Source: Leucoraja erinacea (taxonomy: Eukaryota). Taken from it: a DNA stretch of 64,000 nucleotides. The notes under the pieces were generated by a model. That model did no database searches and had not been told where the DNA came from. It saw only the letters and a list, made by a program, of their open reading frames with translations. Position numbers and translations under genes: made by a program. Each line of letters begins with the position of its first letter. Positions within the stretch are counted from its first letter, which is position 1. The stretch covers positions 62,806,001-62,870,000 of the forward strand of contig NC_073379.1 in assembly GCF_028641065.1 (NCBI RefSeq). Direction: 5' to 3'. Positions 37,501-52,500 of this stretch are shown piece by piece.

Positions 37501-40500
37501 TCCTCCTCGCAGTTCACACTGCCACCCAGCTTGGTGTCATCTGCAAATTTGCTAATGTTACTTTTAATCCCTTCATCTAAATCATTGATGTATATTGTAA
37601 ATAGCTGCGGTCCCAGCACCGAGCCTTGCGGTACCCCAATAGTCACTGCCTGCCATTCTGAAAGGGACCCGATAATCCCTACTCTTTGTTTCCTGTCTGC
37701 CAGCCAATTTTCTATCCATGTCAGTATCCTACTCCCAATACCGTGCTCTAATTGTGCCCACTAATCTCCTATGTGGGACCTTATCCACTGGCTCTCACTT
37801 GTACATTTTCCTAGTTACATCCTCAAAAAATGCTGAGCCTTGCTCCTGCATTGTTTTTTTTGTGGAGGGAAATGAAAACTGGAAGGAAAATTTAATAGAA
37901 AATAGTTCCAGGTCACTCCTGGTAAAAAAAATATTTTGGATTTGGTTGTTACTATGTGTTTAAGCTGGCTTATTTATTCATTTAATATTAGCATTAATCC
38001 TTTTTCTTAAAACATTTTTATTTTTTCCTCTTAAAATTGCTGTCTTTATCAATCAATCAATTAATCAGTTTTATTCGTCACTTGCACATAAAGTGCAAAT
38101 GAAATGAATTTGTCAGCAGCAGTACAATGAAAAAGAACACACAAAAACGCAGCAAAAAAATTTAACACAAACATCCACCACAGCATTCATCACTATGGTG
38201 GAAGGCACAAAATTTGGCCAGTCCTCCTCCATTTTCCCCCGTGGTCGGGACCTCAACCCTCCGCAGCCGCCGCTGCGGGTGTCCAGATGAGTAGACACGG
38301 CAAAAGTCCAAGTAAGTCCGGAATCGGTGCCTCCCCACCGGAGACCGCGGCTTCAGGTTGGTGTAGGCCGCAGGCCGGCGGTCGGAGATTTAAAGTTCCC
38401 GCCATGCCGCAGCCAGAAGCACCGCGGACCGCAGGGCCAGAGGTCGAAGCTCCCCTCCAGGGGTCCCCGGCGGGGGACCCCGCTCCTGATGGTAAGTCCC
38501 TGCCCCGCCGGCGGGCCGGCAGTCGGAGCTCTTCTCCCGAGTCCCCAACAAGGGATCCCAGGCCCAGGACGTGGCGCCGGCTGGAGCTCTGCAGAACTCG
38601 GCTTCAGGCTGCCGCGGGCAAGCGAACGGAGAGCTCCACGACGAGAGTCCACGCTGCACCCGCAGCTGAAGCCCCGGGCGCGCCTCCAGGAAAGGCTGCA
38701 CCAATCCTCGATGTTAGGCCACGGGGGAGGCGACATGGAAAACGTCGCCTCTCCGTGGAGGAGGCGACCAAAACGGTTTCCCCCTTATCCCCCCATACAA
38801 GACACACAAAGAAACATCATTGGAATTAAAGACTTTGGACATCGTCATTAGTTGTTTCGGCAATCCCATTCCCCCACTTATTTTCTCGTAACATATTCCT
38901 ATCATAATCCCATAAACCCCACTCTGATTTTGTTCCTACTCACCTATACTGCTGAGCCACAGGATCACCCAGTAGATTATAGATTGAGCGTGTTAATGAC
39001 ATGGTATGGTGTATGGTGCACCATCCGTCGATTTTTAAGTTAATGTGATAATCAGTGCGTGGTATTTTAATATATTGAAGCTGTTATTTCTGACGGACAT
39101 CATATGAAACTAACATGATTTTGTCATCTCAGGCACCATGAGTAAGAAACCTAAGTGGGATGATTTCAAAAAAGAAAAGAAAGAACTAAAACTGAACAGA
39201 CAACAGGACAAGAAAAGTAATTATGATGTAGTAATACGATCAAAGCAGATCTGGGAAAGTGTAAGAAGGTATTTTCAACAAAGTTCAAATCAAATTTATT
39301 TCTTAAACCTGCAATAGTTGAATGTGCACTTACAAAAGCAATGTAGCCTTACAGAAAGCAGTCTTAATGGCAGGTTGAATACTACATTCCTCATTTCACT
39401 TTAATTCAAATAGGTTTTATACCGTAGATCCATTTTTCGTCACTTTTTGAGATATCATTCCTGAATATCTGAATCAATTCAAGTCCACCTATGATTTTAT
39501 CCTCAATGAATAAGCACATGAAGGAAAAAAAGGTACGGGCGGCACGATGGTTCAGCGATAGGGCTACTGGCTTACAGCGCTAGAGACCCAGGTTCAATCC
39601 TGACTACGGATGCTTGTCTACGGAGTTTGTACGTTCTCCCTGTGAACTATGTAGGTTTTCTCTGAGATCTTTGGTTTCCTCCCACAATCCAAAGACGTAC
39701 AGGTTTGTAGGTTAATTGGCTTGGTGTAAATGTAAATTGTCCCTAGAGTGTGTAGGATTGTGTTGGTGTGCAGGGCTCGCTGGTTGGTGCGGACTCAGAG
39801 GGCTGAAGGGCCTGTTTACACGCTGTATCTCTAATCTAAACTAAAACAAAACCAAATATCAGCTTTGTGGATTCAGCTCCAACTCCCTCAGTAGATTATA
39901 ATTTTTTCCATGGTTGCTGCTTTTATTGAGGATCATTATTCGTATATTCGCTGGATCAACATGCAATTTAAATGCAATAGGACAAATAAAAATCTGTCAA
40001 ATATAATAATAATTTTAAACTAGCAATATCATCTGGTTTTGATGAAGATTCATCGCCTAAATTCATCACTGCACCTCACTTCTCAGCTTCTATCTAACTG
40101 AGTATTTCAAATGTTTTCTGTTGTATAATTTTAAGTGACATTTAAATTGATTTCTAACACTTAAAAAAAATGTTTCTATTCTTTCAGAAAAGACTGCAGT
40201 AAAGAAAAGAAAGCAGAACTTATGAAAGAATTACAGAAGCTTGTCCATGGAAATATTAAAAATGTATGCTTTGTTTACTTTTAACCTTTCATTTCTTGAC
40301 AATTAGTTAAGATCATATCTGTAGTGTTGAACACATCTCAGATCTCTTGTACCATACGTAGTATCAAAGTATAATTATCTTTACAATTTTTAAACTGCAG
40401 TTTGACGTGTATCATTACAGTAGTTTTTCCACCAATTATAGGCCAAATACATGGTGTACCCTAAAAATAACATTCCCTACATTTCATCACCGATTAATAC

Positions 40501-43500
40501 AATGGGGCAAAATTTACACAAAGTCCACGACAAATGGATATCTTCTTAATAAGACAGGTCTTAAGTGGAGGCTATGGGGTAGTGCCCCATGCAGCAGGAG
40601 CTGCAGGATTTGGACTCCTCGTGAAGTCTAACAGGGCATTGTGAATCACCTCAGATTTCAGATCACTCTAAGTGGAACAATGCTTGCTGAGGTCCTGCCA
40701 GGTTAATTTGGTGCAGGTATAGCAGGAAGTAGATTGCTGTCACAAGAAACCCATTGGCCAATGTGATTCCCAAAAGTACTTTACAAATTGCATTATGTTG
40801 GGAAGAAAATGCAATTGAAAGTGCAGCATTGGTTCCCTTTTTGAATCTTACTGGGAAATGTATGTTGACATCTTATTCATTCATAATAATCCACCTTCAA
40901 TAAATAAGAAATTCTGCTATAATTATGTGGCTGGAGATTTTTTTTTTAACATAAATGACTCCTATTATCTTTTCCAGATTGCATTTTCACACGATTCTGC
41001 CAGAGTAATCCAGTGTTACCTTCAGTTTGGTAATGAAGAACAAAGGCAAGAAGTCTTTGTGGAATTAAAAGGTACTTTAAAGCTTTGTGTGTTCTTCAAT
41101 AACCTACTCTTTGACAATAATTTAAGAAGGAACTGCAGATGCTGGGAAATCGAAGGTAGACAAAAATGCTGGAGAAACTCAGCGGGTGAGGGCAGCATCT
41201 ATGGAGCGAAGGAAATAGGCAACGTTTCGAGTCGAGACCCTTCTTCAGACTGATGTGAGGGTGGGGGGGGGGGGGGGGGGGAGACGGGAGACGAAAGGAA
41301 GAGGTGGAGACAGTGGAGGTGCAGAGGTTCACCTGTACCTCCCCTAACCTCATCTATTGCATCCGCTGCTCTAGGTGTGAACTGCTCCACATCGGTGAGA
41401 CCAAGCATATGCTTGCCGATAGCTACGTCCAACACCTCCGCTCGGTTCGCAATAACCAACCAAATCTCCCGGTGGCTCGGCACTTCAACTCCCCCTCCCA
41501 TTCCAAATCCGACCTTTCTGTCCTGGGCCTCCTCCATGGCCAGAGTGAGGACCACCGCAAATTGGAGGAGCAGCACCTCATATTTCACTTGGGCAGTTTA
41601 CACCGCAGCGGTATGAACATTGACTTCTCCAATTTCAGGTAGTCCCTGCTTTCTCCTCCCCTTCTCAGCTCTCCCTCAGCCCACTGTCTCCGCCTCTTCC
41701 TTTCTTCTTCCCCCCCCCCCCCCCCCCCCCACCCTCACATCAGTCTGAAGAAGGGTCTCGACCCGAAACGTTGCCTATTTCCTTCGCTCCATAGATGCTG
41801 CCTCACCCGCTGAGTTTCTCCAGCATTTTTGTCTACCATTGACAATTTGCCAGGACCACTTGGTTCCAGACATGCAGTCTGGGTCCATATATTGATCAGA
41901 GAACTGAATTGCAGTGGTGATGTGTAAATGTGTACCCTTGACACAAGGCAACCTTTGCCCTAGTGGGGCATCAGGCTGCCCTGATAAAAGGCGTTAATCT
42001 TGGTCCATTGTCCGAACCCCAATCTTCTTTGCTTCATCAGAGCCATGTGGAGATGCTAATGATTCCACTAAATTTAGTTCCATTCGCACCTCCTTAGCAA
42101 ATGAAGTTGCTTCTGTCTGCATTCAGCAAGATCTAGACAATGTTCAGAAACGTGTTGATAACCAGCAAGCAAAATTCTTTCCACAAAAGCACTGGGGAAT
42201 GGCAATGTCTATTAAGAGATAGCCTAAGTACCTTTCAAACCCAGAGCGTCTTACTACCAAGAAGGACATGGGCAGTAGTTGCATGGGAACTGCAGGGCAG
42301 CACAATGATGCCGTAGTAGAGTTGCTGCCTTACCAGCGCCAGAGACCCGGGTTCGATCCTGACGGTGCTGTCTGTACGGAGTTCGTACATTCTCCCTGTG
42401 ACTGCTTGATTTTTCTCCCGATGCTGCGGTTTCCTCCCACATTCCAAAGTCGTAGGTTAATTGGCTTCTGCAAATTGTCCTTACTGTGTAAGATACAACT
42501 AGTGTATGGGTGATTGTTGGTTGGCGCGGACTCGGTGGGCCAAGGAGCCTGTTTCCACACTGTATTTCTAAAACTAAAACCTGCGTCAACCTGACTTGGA
42601 TATGTATTAGTGGTCCTTCATTGTCGCTGTGTCTAAATCTTGGAACTGTGGCCAGCAGCACTGTGCAAGTACCTTCAATAGAAGGACTGTAGAGGTTCTA
42701 GATTATGGTTTCCCATCTTCTCCTCAAGATCATTTAGGATTGGGCAATGAATCCTGGCCTAACCAGCAATGTCCAGATCCCAGAAATGAATATGAAAAAA
42801 AAATTCCTCTTGGGTTAATTTCACCTGATCATTTCATTTCAGAGCATCTGGTTGAGTTGAGCAAATCCAAGTATGGCAGGCATATTGTGAAGAAAATTCT
42901 AATGTATGGGTAAGTACAGTGTTGGAGATCAATTGCGAGGTAGTAGCAAAACATTTGCAGTTGGTTGTTTCTGCGGGTGCAGGATATATTTGTGTTCTTT
43001 GGTTTTAAAACACTGCATTAAATTGTGCTACAGACATGCTCTATCCAGATACTTCCCGACTTATGTAAGAGTCACGTTCCTTAAACCCTTATGCGTCGGA
43101 TTTTAAGCAAGTCGGAATCACCTTAAAACTGGGTAGAAACAAAGAACTGCAGATGCTGGTTAATACGCAAAACGACTGAAGAAGGGTCCCAAACCAAAAT
43201 GTTGTCTATCCATGTTCTCCAGAAATGTTGCCTGACCTGCTTGAGTTACTCCAGCACTTTGTGTAGTTTCACCTTAAACCTAGGTTCCAATTACCCTGGT
43301 CAGCTCCAGCGAGACCTTCTTCACCAGCAGCAGTAGTGTGTGGTTGACGCAGCTGTTGTTGCGACTCACTGGTTGACCCAGGCCGACAGCGCTTTCTTCG
43401 ACAGGACGCGCTCAGTCACTGTGGGACTCCCTAACCGCCCACCAGCTACTGTTTCTTCCTGTCGGCCGTCGCTTTGTCCGCACTCCCCTCCACTGCCACC

Positions 43501-46500
43501 TCCACCTTGTCCTCCGGTGCCCAAGGTGGAAGATGTCAGTGACTCCGGGGAAGGAGGGGAGCGGCGGAGTGGACAAAGCGACAGCCGATAGGATGAGGCA
43601 GCAGCTGATGAGGGGAGGGAGTCCCACGGTGACCGAGCGCGTCCTGTTGTTGGCGGTGGCCTGAAGAAAGTGCTGTTGCCTAGAGTCTACACTGTGAGCC
43701 GCAAGAACAGCAGCATTAACTGGACGATGCAGCAGCTGATGAAGAAGGGATCACTGGTGCACCTTGTGGAAGCTGCCGACGATTCGGCTGGAGTTGCTCT
43801 GCACCGCCTCCCTCCTTCTCACTCACCCTACTCAGTATTGCTGGAAGAGCCGCGAGACCGGCGATACTTTTATATCTATGAAGCTGATGGGAAGCCCTTG
43901 CCATCTTCCCGTTGCAATGACACAGATCATTCAGGAAACGGGGCCATCTATTGTGAATTGTTTACGTAGGTCGTCGATCACATACGTCGGGGAGTGCCTG
44001 TACTTGAAGGTACACAAAAAAGCTGGAGAAACTCAGCGGGTGCAGCAGCATCTATGGAGGGAAGGAAATAGGCAACGTTTCGGGCCGAAACCCTTCTTCA
44101 GCCTGTACTTGAGTTGTGTTTGGGCCGTAACCGCAAGCTATTACTCTTGGTTAGGTGCTAACTTGCTGAATTATGGAGAATGGGAATGGTCTCTACCAGT
44201 GATTATTAGATTATAAGCATTTTTTAAATCACACCAGCAAGTTATACTCCTGAGAACCTAGGACCAATAGTTCAGATGCAAGTGAAGCAACTATGTTAGA
44301 AAGTCATTTGAAAGTACGACCTAGGCTAACAAATAGCATTTACATTTTCGTATTGTCAGAATTAGACAACTGTTATCCACGTTTGTTACTTTCAACTTAA
44401 TCTTTATTCATTTCTGCCAAGTATATTTTTTCAAAGTTGATTTTAATTCATTTTTAACTATTTAGAACTGTGAAATTATGAAAGAAAATATGTTGTTGCT
44501 ATGTGATTATAACATAAGCCTAGATTTCAAGTGCAATTTATTTTGCTAGAAATAAGCAACAAGTAGCAGAGGTAATTAAAAGTTTCAAAGGTGAAGTGAA
44601 GAAGTTACTGCGACATTCGGAGGCATCGGGAATTGTGGAGTACGCTTACAATGACAAAGCAATATTGGAACAGAGGAACATGCTGACAGAAGAGCTATAT
44701 GGAAATATGTTCATGATATGCAAGGTACGTTTTAATACATTTGAAGTTGTCAGTCCAGAAAAAAAAATGTCCATTGTTTAATTCTAACTTGTTTCTAAAC
44801 GTTAGCCAATTAGATTTTCTCCAAACTTGATTTTTTTTTTTCCTGAGTTATCATAGTTAAATATTTTGATCTATGTTATTGACCTGTGCAACCAACACCC
44901 ATATTGGAGCAATTAACCCAAGCTAGTGCAGAAGATTTTTTTGCAGGATATCTGGATAAGAAAATCATAGAAATTTATGAGGGCCACTCTAATACATGTC
45001 TCAGGAAAAGCAGCATGTGACCTGGAAAGGGCTTGAATTTGTACGGTCCAGTCACTATTAAGTATAGAATGAATAAGCTAGTGAGGACTCACTGAAGCAA
45101 GTTACATGCCATGAACCACAGTCACTGAGCCTCCTCTGGATTGAACCATTAGAAGGGGGAAAAAATATTCTCCTGAGCATTCTTGCAGATTTTGTGAATT
45201 GGTCTACATTTTACACAAAGTGGGTGGAATCTGCAGGCTATTGTGCTTCTTTAGTTCAATTTAGATTGGCTACAGTCATAAATGTGACCAGTACAAAGAT
45301 TAATTTTCCACATTGTACATGGAAAGGTTATAGTTTGTTGCAGATCATGATTATCACAATAGTGCCGCTTATTCTCATGGCGCTTAAATAACATTGTGTT
45401 TTTAAATGTGACATTGTCTGGTTGCAGTATGTGTATTCTCCTTATGATCAAAATTGGAAAATTGGCATCGGTAAGGAATTTTTGTTTATATAGTCATACA
45501 ACATGGAAACAGGACCTTTAATCCCACTCGCCCTTGCCGACCATGATCCCTATCTAAGCTGGTCTCATTTACCCCATGTCCTTTTATACCTTTCCTATCG
45601 AAACCTGGACCTCATCTACTGTATTTGTTGTTTTTGGTGTGGACTTCTAAATATAGGTGAGACCAGGCGCAGACAGGGTGATCGATTCACTGAACACCTA
45701 TGCTCGGTCTACCTTGACCCATGTGATCTCCCGGATGCCAAATATTTTAACTCCGCTTCCCATTCCGATACTGACCTTTCTGTCCTGGGCCTCCTCAATT
45801 GTCAGAATGAGACCACACGCAAATTGGAAAGCAACTTATATTTCGCTTGGGTTGCTCTCAACCCAACGGTGTTAATATTGATATCTCTAATTTCAAGTAA
45901 CCATTGCATTCTTTCTCTCTCTCTCTGACTCTCTGCCCCTCCCCGTCCTAGTCATCCTGCTAGTTCCACTGTTTGCATCCATATATCCCTTCATTATCAC
46001 CTCTTGCACACCCAACAACGGACCAATGTGGGCTCCATCTTTCCTCGCTCATTGGTGCTGGCTGATTTGTTCGGTACCTTTTCATACCTCTAGTTTCCCT
46101 CTCCCCTGACTGTCTGAAGAAGGGTCTTGACCCGAAACATTGCCTATTCCTTTGCTCCAGGGATGCTATCTGACCCGCTGAGTTACTCCAGCATATGGTG
46201 TCTATCTTAAAACTTTAACATTTGGACCAGCCATCTTCTCCATAAGAAGGCTCACCTATTGACACCAGTCACTTACCCTGCCCAGTTCTCTAAAAGTAGA
46301 TCAAACTTGCTCTCACTTATATAGTTCGCTACATATTGCCTGAAGAAATGTTCCTTTATTGACAAATTCCACCACAATAGGCCCTTGGCACTATGGCAGT
46401 CCCAGTGTGACCTGGGCTCTTTTATCTCTGTGTATTTAATGGTCTCCTTGATCTGGCTATATTGCATTGAACAACAGCAAGTTTCCCTGCAGGAAGGAGA

Positions 46501-49500
46501 AAATAATAACTTCTATATTCAGTTTTATTCTGAATCTGATTAAGAAATATATATTTTGGTCCGTTTTATTACAACATTGTGATTTTATCTTTATTAGTCT
46601 TCTTTTTGTCCAACATTGGAAAAAGTTCTTGAGTCTAATCCTGATAAGCGAGAAGGAATAATGGGAGAAATTAAAGAGATCCTCACACCTATGGTACAAA
46701 AGTAAGATGACTATTAATGATTTTACATTATTATGTTATTTAAATGTCATTGAAATCAGTGACCCATCTGTATTGCTTTGCAAAATAATATTGTAACATA
46801 TTAACGATGCAAGTGAAATTACTTACTGACATTTGCTGATTTAATCCTGTTGACCAGCTGATCCAATTTTACCTTGTCTGGTGTGAAGGTTAAAAAATAT
46901 CTAGCTAATAGGGTCATAAGTGATAGGAGCAGAACGGGGCCATTCGGCCCATCAAGTCTACTCCGCCATTCAATCATGGCTGGTCTATCTCTCCCTCCTA
47001 AGTCCACGCTCCCTTCTCCTGCCTTTAATCCTGCCTTCTTTCCTTAACCCTTGACCCCCGTACTAATCAAGAATCTATCTCTGCGTTAAAAATATCCTTT
47101 GACTTGGCCTCCACAGCCTTCTGTGGCAAAGAATTCCACAGATTCACCACCCTCTGACTAAAGAAATTCCTCCTCATCTCCTTCCTAAAGGAACATCCTT
47201 TAATTTTGAGGCTATGATCTCTGGTGGAAACATCCTCTCCACATCCATTCTATCCAAGCATAATGTCCTTTGGACATAAAAAGGTTAAGGAAAAGGGAAA
47301 TCCAGGAGTGCTCATTTCTATAACGTTTGGCTCTTCTGTATGTTGTAACCATCTATTTTTAGAGTTCTATTTCATGCTTTATTAAGCTAATAAGGAAATA
47401 TGGCAATATAAGCCTATAAGTAAAATAAATCTGACCAGTCATTTTGTTTTCCAATTTTTTCAGTTTGCTAATGTGGCCAGTAATCGGACACACTCTATCA
47501 CCTTGAAAATATCGTGTCAAAATAATCGTAAAGTTGTAGAAGTTTATGACATAGAAGGGAGCTATTCAGCCATTTGTATCCGTGGTGGCCAAAATACCTT
47601 AATGCACTTTCCAACTCCTTGAACACAGGAAGTGCTTAGCTAAGTGTTTTACTTGGTGTTGTGTATGTGACATCTTTGTAAGTGTCTTTTGCAAAATGTG
47701 ATTTCTCAGTTCTTTTCCTGATACAAATTCATTTGTATTTTACTTATTTGCTANNNNNNNNNNNNNNNNNNNNNNNNNNNNNNNNNNNNNNNNNNNNNNN
47801 NNNNNNNNNNNNNNNNNNNNNNNNNNNNNNNNNNNNNNNNNNNNNNNNNNNNNNNNNNNNNNNNNNNNNNNNNNNNNNNNNNNNNNNNNNNNNNNNNNNN
47901 NNNNNNNNNNNNCTCTCAACCCGAAACGCCACCCATTCCTTCTCTCCAGAGATGTTGCCTGTTCTGCTGAGTTACTCCAGTTTTTTGTGTCTATCTTCGG
48001 TTTAGACCAGCATGTGCTGTTCCTTCTTACACATAACCTTTCCCCTGATTGGTTAACAGGCAACAAAAAGCATTTCATTGTACACCGGTAAACATGACAA
48101 TAAACTAAACTAAATGTGCCCAATATTCCATCCAAATTAGTGGCGCAGGTGTGGTTTAACCAAATCATTCTTTTTGGTGATTTCTAGAGAGGCAGTAATA
48201 AAGCACACATTGGTACACAAGGCATTTTTGGATTTCTTCACGTACAGCTCTGATAAAATGAGACTGGTAAGTGTTTTTTGCCTAACTAATCATGCAATTT
48301 TTTACGGTTACTCTGAATTTACATTTAATCTGGAAAGAGTGACCAAATTTGTTTAACATGCAATTTAAATGTGTTTTATATGACAACGTTCAATGACCCT
48401 TTGGTTTAATTTTATACAAATAAAATAATTTCAGATTGTGTTGGATTGGTTTTAATGATTTTGAAGCATCCCCCCCCCCCCCCAACCCCCCTCTGTTTCC
48501 ATCCTGAAACAGAGCACCCTGCCGTATTAAACAGTCTATGGATATATAAATAATAGAAATTCTGAGTAAATAATAGACATGTTTTAATTGTGAACTGTTC
48601 CTTAAGTAGTGTTCAGTGATGTAATATTTATGGTTGTCTTTCTATGTTACACTTTTAAAATATTTGTGTGGCAAGTGAACGTCGACCATCCCTAAAGGTG
48701 CCTGAGGAGGTGCTGTTGAGCTGTATTCTTGAATCCCTGCAGTCTTTTTGAGGATATACAACACTTAAGTTGGGAGTTCCAGTATCTTGATCCAGTGACC
48801 ATGAATGATCAGTGTTGTATTTCATTCAATATTACGTGCGATTAGCGAGTGCCTGCCACATTTGTCCTGGGCAGGAGAAGCATCGTGTGCAAAGAATCCT
48901 TGCATTTGTTTGGATGATGTCTCCTTCGCCCTTTCAGAACGTCCCAAAGTGCTTTACAGCCATTAAACAATACTTACTGTTGCAAGGAAATAAATACAGC
49001 CAGCGACTTAGATGAAATAAACTCTCACAGGCAGTAATGTACATAAAATCTTTTGTTTTAAGGACCATTAATTGTGATTTAATTTTTTTGTCCAAAAAAT
49101 AGTGCCTTCAATGTGCTGCACTGGATTGTCAGCTGAGGCCTTTGTATTAAAATCTCTGAAGTGAAACTGTAATGAGAATATTCCTATATTATAATAGTGA
49201 CTGCGCTTAAAGGGTCATTGTTATAAAGAAAGGCAAGTCCCTCGGGACATACTGATAGGGATATGAACGGCACAATATTAATGCAAAGTTGTCTTTTCTA
49301 CCTGGGCGAGTGCCAGCTGTCACACCACAAGTTTGCAGAGTTGCTGCAATGGATATTGTCAATAATAGCCAACTATAGCCCTTTTCAAATAGAGACTGTT
49401 TCATTACACTCGTGGTTTGTACCCAGTACATTGTGAAAAGCTTTGAGGAGTGAGACAAGTTACTCATCACACAATACTTAGTCAACTGATGTGGGTGAGG

Positions 49501-52500
49501 GATGCGATACCGATTATACTTTTGAATGTTTGAAGAATGTGGTTGGACTCTTGGGGAATGGACTATAGCCAGCACGTGCCAGATATTAGTCCAAGTCTAT
49601 CCTTGCTGCCTTATAGGCACTGACTACTGATAAGCTACTTCTTTGAGGAATAGTGAATCTCCTGGTCTGCACTGCTTGACCTCTGTGAACCATACTCTTG
49701 TTTCTTTGTTCCTTAATTTACCTCAGCTGCCGCAGAGTCTTCCTTTAGATTCCAAATGGCAGTTTAGTCAGGCTGTTTAATGTCAATATAGCCAAATAGT
49801 ACCTTGACATCAACAGCAGTTATTTTAATCTCATCTTTGAAATTCAATGCTTTAGTCCAGTTTTACATTGGGATCCGATGCAAGTAGTCCAACTAAAATC
49901 CAAAGGGAACAATCAAGATTCAAGAGACATTTATTGTCACATGCGCCAATTGGTACAGTGAAATTTGGGGTCACCATACAGCCATAGGAATACACGTTTT
50001 TGTGACCTGCATGATATATTGTTTGTCAGCACCATCATCGCATTAGTGATTGAAAATAGTGATAGTGCTGTATGTAATTTGCTGGTTTTGATTTGATTGC
50101 TTTGGCCGTGCAATGAGCATTGAACAACACATCCAATCTTTCGCAATAATTTAAAACTTCGTCTGAGTCAATCCCTGCTTTGGCATATCTACTGCAGAAG
50201 CCCTCAACAATATCTCTTGTTGTGTCTAGTCTGGACTATTCAATCTTACTGGCAAACTTAGCTTGTTCTGATCTCCATAACATGAGGTTTAAAGCTCTAC
50301 TAGTATTCTAATTCACAATCATCCATCATCCCTTGCGTTCTGAATTGCATTGTCTTTTAGTTAGACAGTGCCATAATTTCAAAATTATCATTCTTGTTTT
50401 GCATTCTGTACATGGTTACCCCTTTATAACATATATTTTTTATAAGAAAAGCAATATACTGCAAGGCAGTAAATCATTTAAACATTTTGGTTGCTTGGCA
50501 AGCTATGAATAAATCTAAAGTAGTCTCAAATGGTCATTTGATGAAAATGCAGTCTTAAATACTCAGAAATCCATTCTGAGCTTTATTTTGCAAATATTTT
50601 GTGTGTTTAGAAACATAGAACATAGGTGCAGGAGTAGGCCATTCGGCCCTTCGAGCCATTCAATATGATCATCCAACTCAGTATCCTGTACCTGCCTTCT
50701 CTCCATACCCCCTGATCCCTTTAGCTACAAGGGCCACATCTAACTCCCTCTTAAATATAGCCAATGAACTGGCCTCAACTACCTTCTGTGGCAGAGAATT
50801 CCAGAGATTCACCACTCTCTGTGTGAAAAATGTTTTCCTCATCTCGGTCCTAAAAGATTTCCCCCCTTATCCTTAAACTGTGACCCCTTGTTCTGGATTT
50901 CCCCAACATCGGGAACAATCTTCCTGCATCTAGCTTGTCCAACCCCTTAAGAATTTTGTAAGTTTCTATAAGATCCCCCCTCAATCTTCTAAATTCTAGC
51001 GAGTGCAAGCCGAGTCTATCCAGTCTTTCTTCATATGAAAGTCCTGACATCCCAGGAATCAGTCTGGTGAACCTTCTCTGTACTCCCTCTATGGCAAGAA
51101 TGTCTTTCCTGAGATTAGGAGACAAATACTGTGCGCAATAATCCAGGTGTGGTCTCACCAAGACCCTGAACAACTACAGTAGAACCTCCCTGCTCCTATA
51201 CTCAAATACTTTTGCTATGAATGCTAACATACCATTCGCTTTCTTCACTGCCTGCTGCACCTGCATGCCTACTTTTAATGACTGGTGTACCATGACACCC
51301 AGATCTCGTTGCATCTCCCCTTTTCCTAATCGGCCACCATTCAGATAATAGTCTACTTTCCTGTTTTTGTCACCAAAGTGGATAACCTCACATTTATCCA
51401 CATTATACTGCATCTGCCATGCATTTGCCCACTCACCCAGCCTATCCAAGTCACCTTGCAGCCTCCTAGCATCCTCCTCACAGCTAACACTGCCCCCAGC
51501 TTCGTGTGCACAGTGGCATGCATAATGATATCCAGCGTAAAGTATTTATAATTGTAATGTCATTATTATATCAATTTGTAATGTATTTTCTGATTTTAGG
51601 AAATGATTGAATCAGTGAGAGAAGCAGTCATCTACATGGCGCACACACATGACGGGAGCAGAGTAGCCATGCAGTGCTTGTGGCATGGCACCCCTAAAGT
51701 AAGTCAAGCACATACAATCTTTTGGCATTTACTGTTTCAGCCCTTTTGGACTTGGGAAGCAATTAATTATTCTATAGAAGAATCTCATTGCGTCCAAGGA
51801 TTAAAAAAATCAGAGGATTGTTCAAAAGGTGCTGAGTGCTCAAGAAAATATTATTATTTTTATATATTATTATAAATATATTTGATAAGGACCCAACATA
51901 GGAGATTAGTGGGCAAAATTAGGGCACATGGTATTGGGGGTAGAGTGCTGACATGGATAGAGAAGTGGTTGGCAGACAGGAAACAAAGAGTAGGGATTAA
52001 CGGGTCCCTTTCAGAATGGCAGGCAGTGACTAGTGGGGTACCGCAAGGCTCGGTGCTGGGACCGCAGCTATTTACAATATACATCAATGATTTGGATGAA
52101 GGGATTCAAAGTAACATTAGCAAATTTGCAGATGACACAAAGCTGGGTGGCAGTGTGAACTGCGAGGAGGATGCTATGGAAATGCAGGGTGACTTGGACA
52201 GGTTGGGAGAGTGGGTAGATGCATGGCAGATAAAGTTTAATGCAGATAAATGTGAGGTTATCCACTTTGGTAGCAAAAACAGGAAGACAGATTACTATCT
52301 AAATGGCGTCAAGTTGGGAAAAGGGGATGTACAACGGGATCTGGGGGTCCTTGTACATCAGTCTATGAAAGTAAGCATGCAGGTACAGCAGGCAGTGAAG
52401 AAAGCGAATGGCATGTTGGCCTTTATAACAAGAGGAATCGAATATAGGAGCAAAGAGGTCCTTCTGCAGTTGTACAGAGCCCTAGTGAGACCACACATAG

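Noticed and set aside
38287-38851. 174-180 aa ORFs (also 687-1230 and 25554-26162)
   Set aside because: GC-rich stop-poor sequence, open on both strands, with no peptide conservation among related elements.
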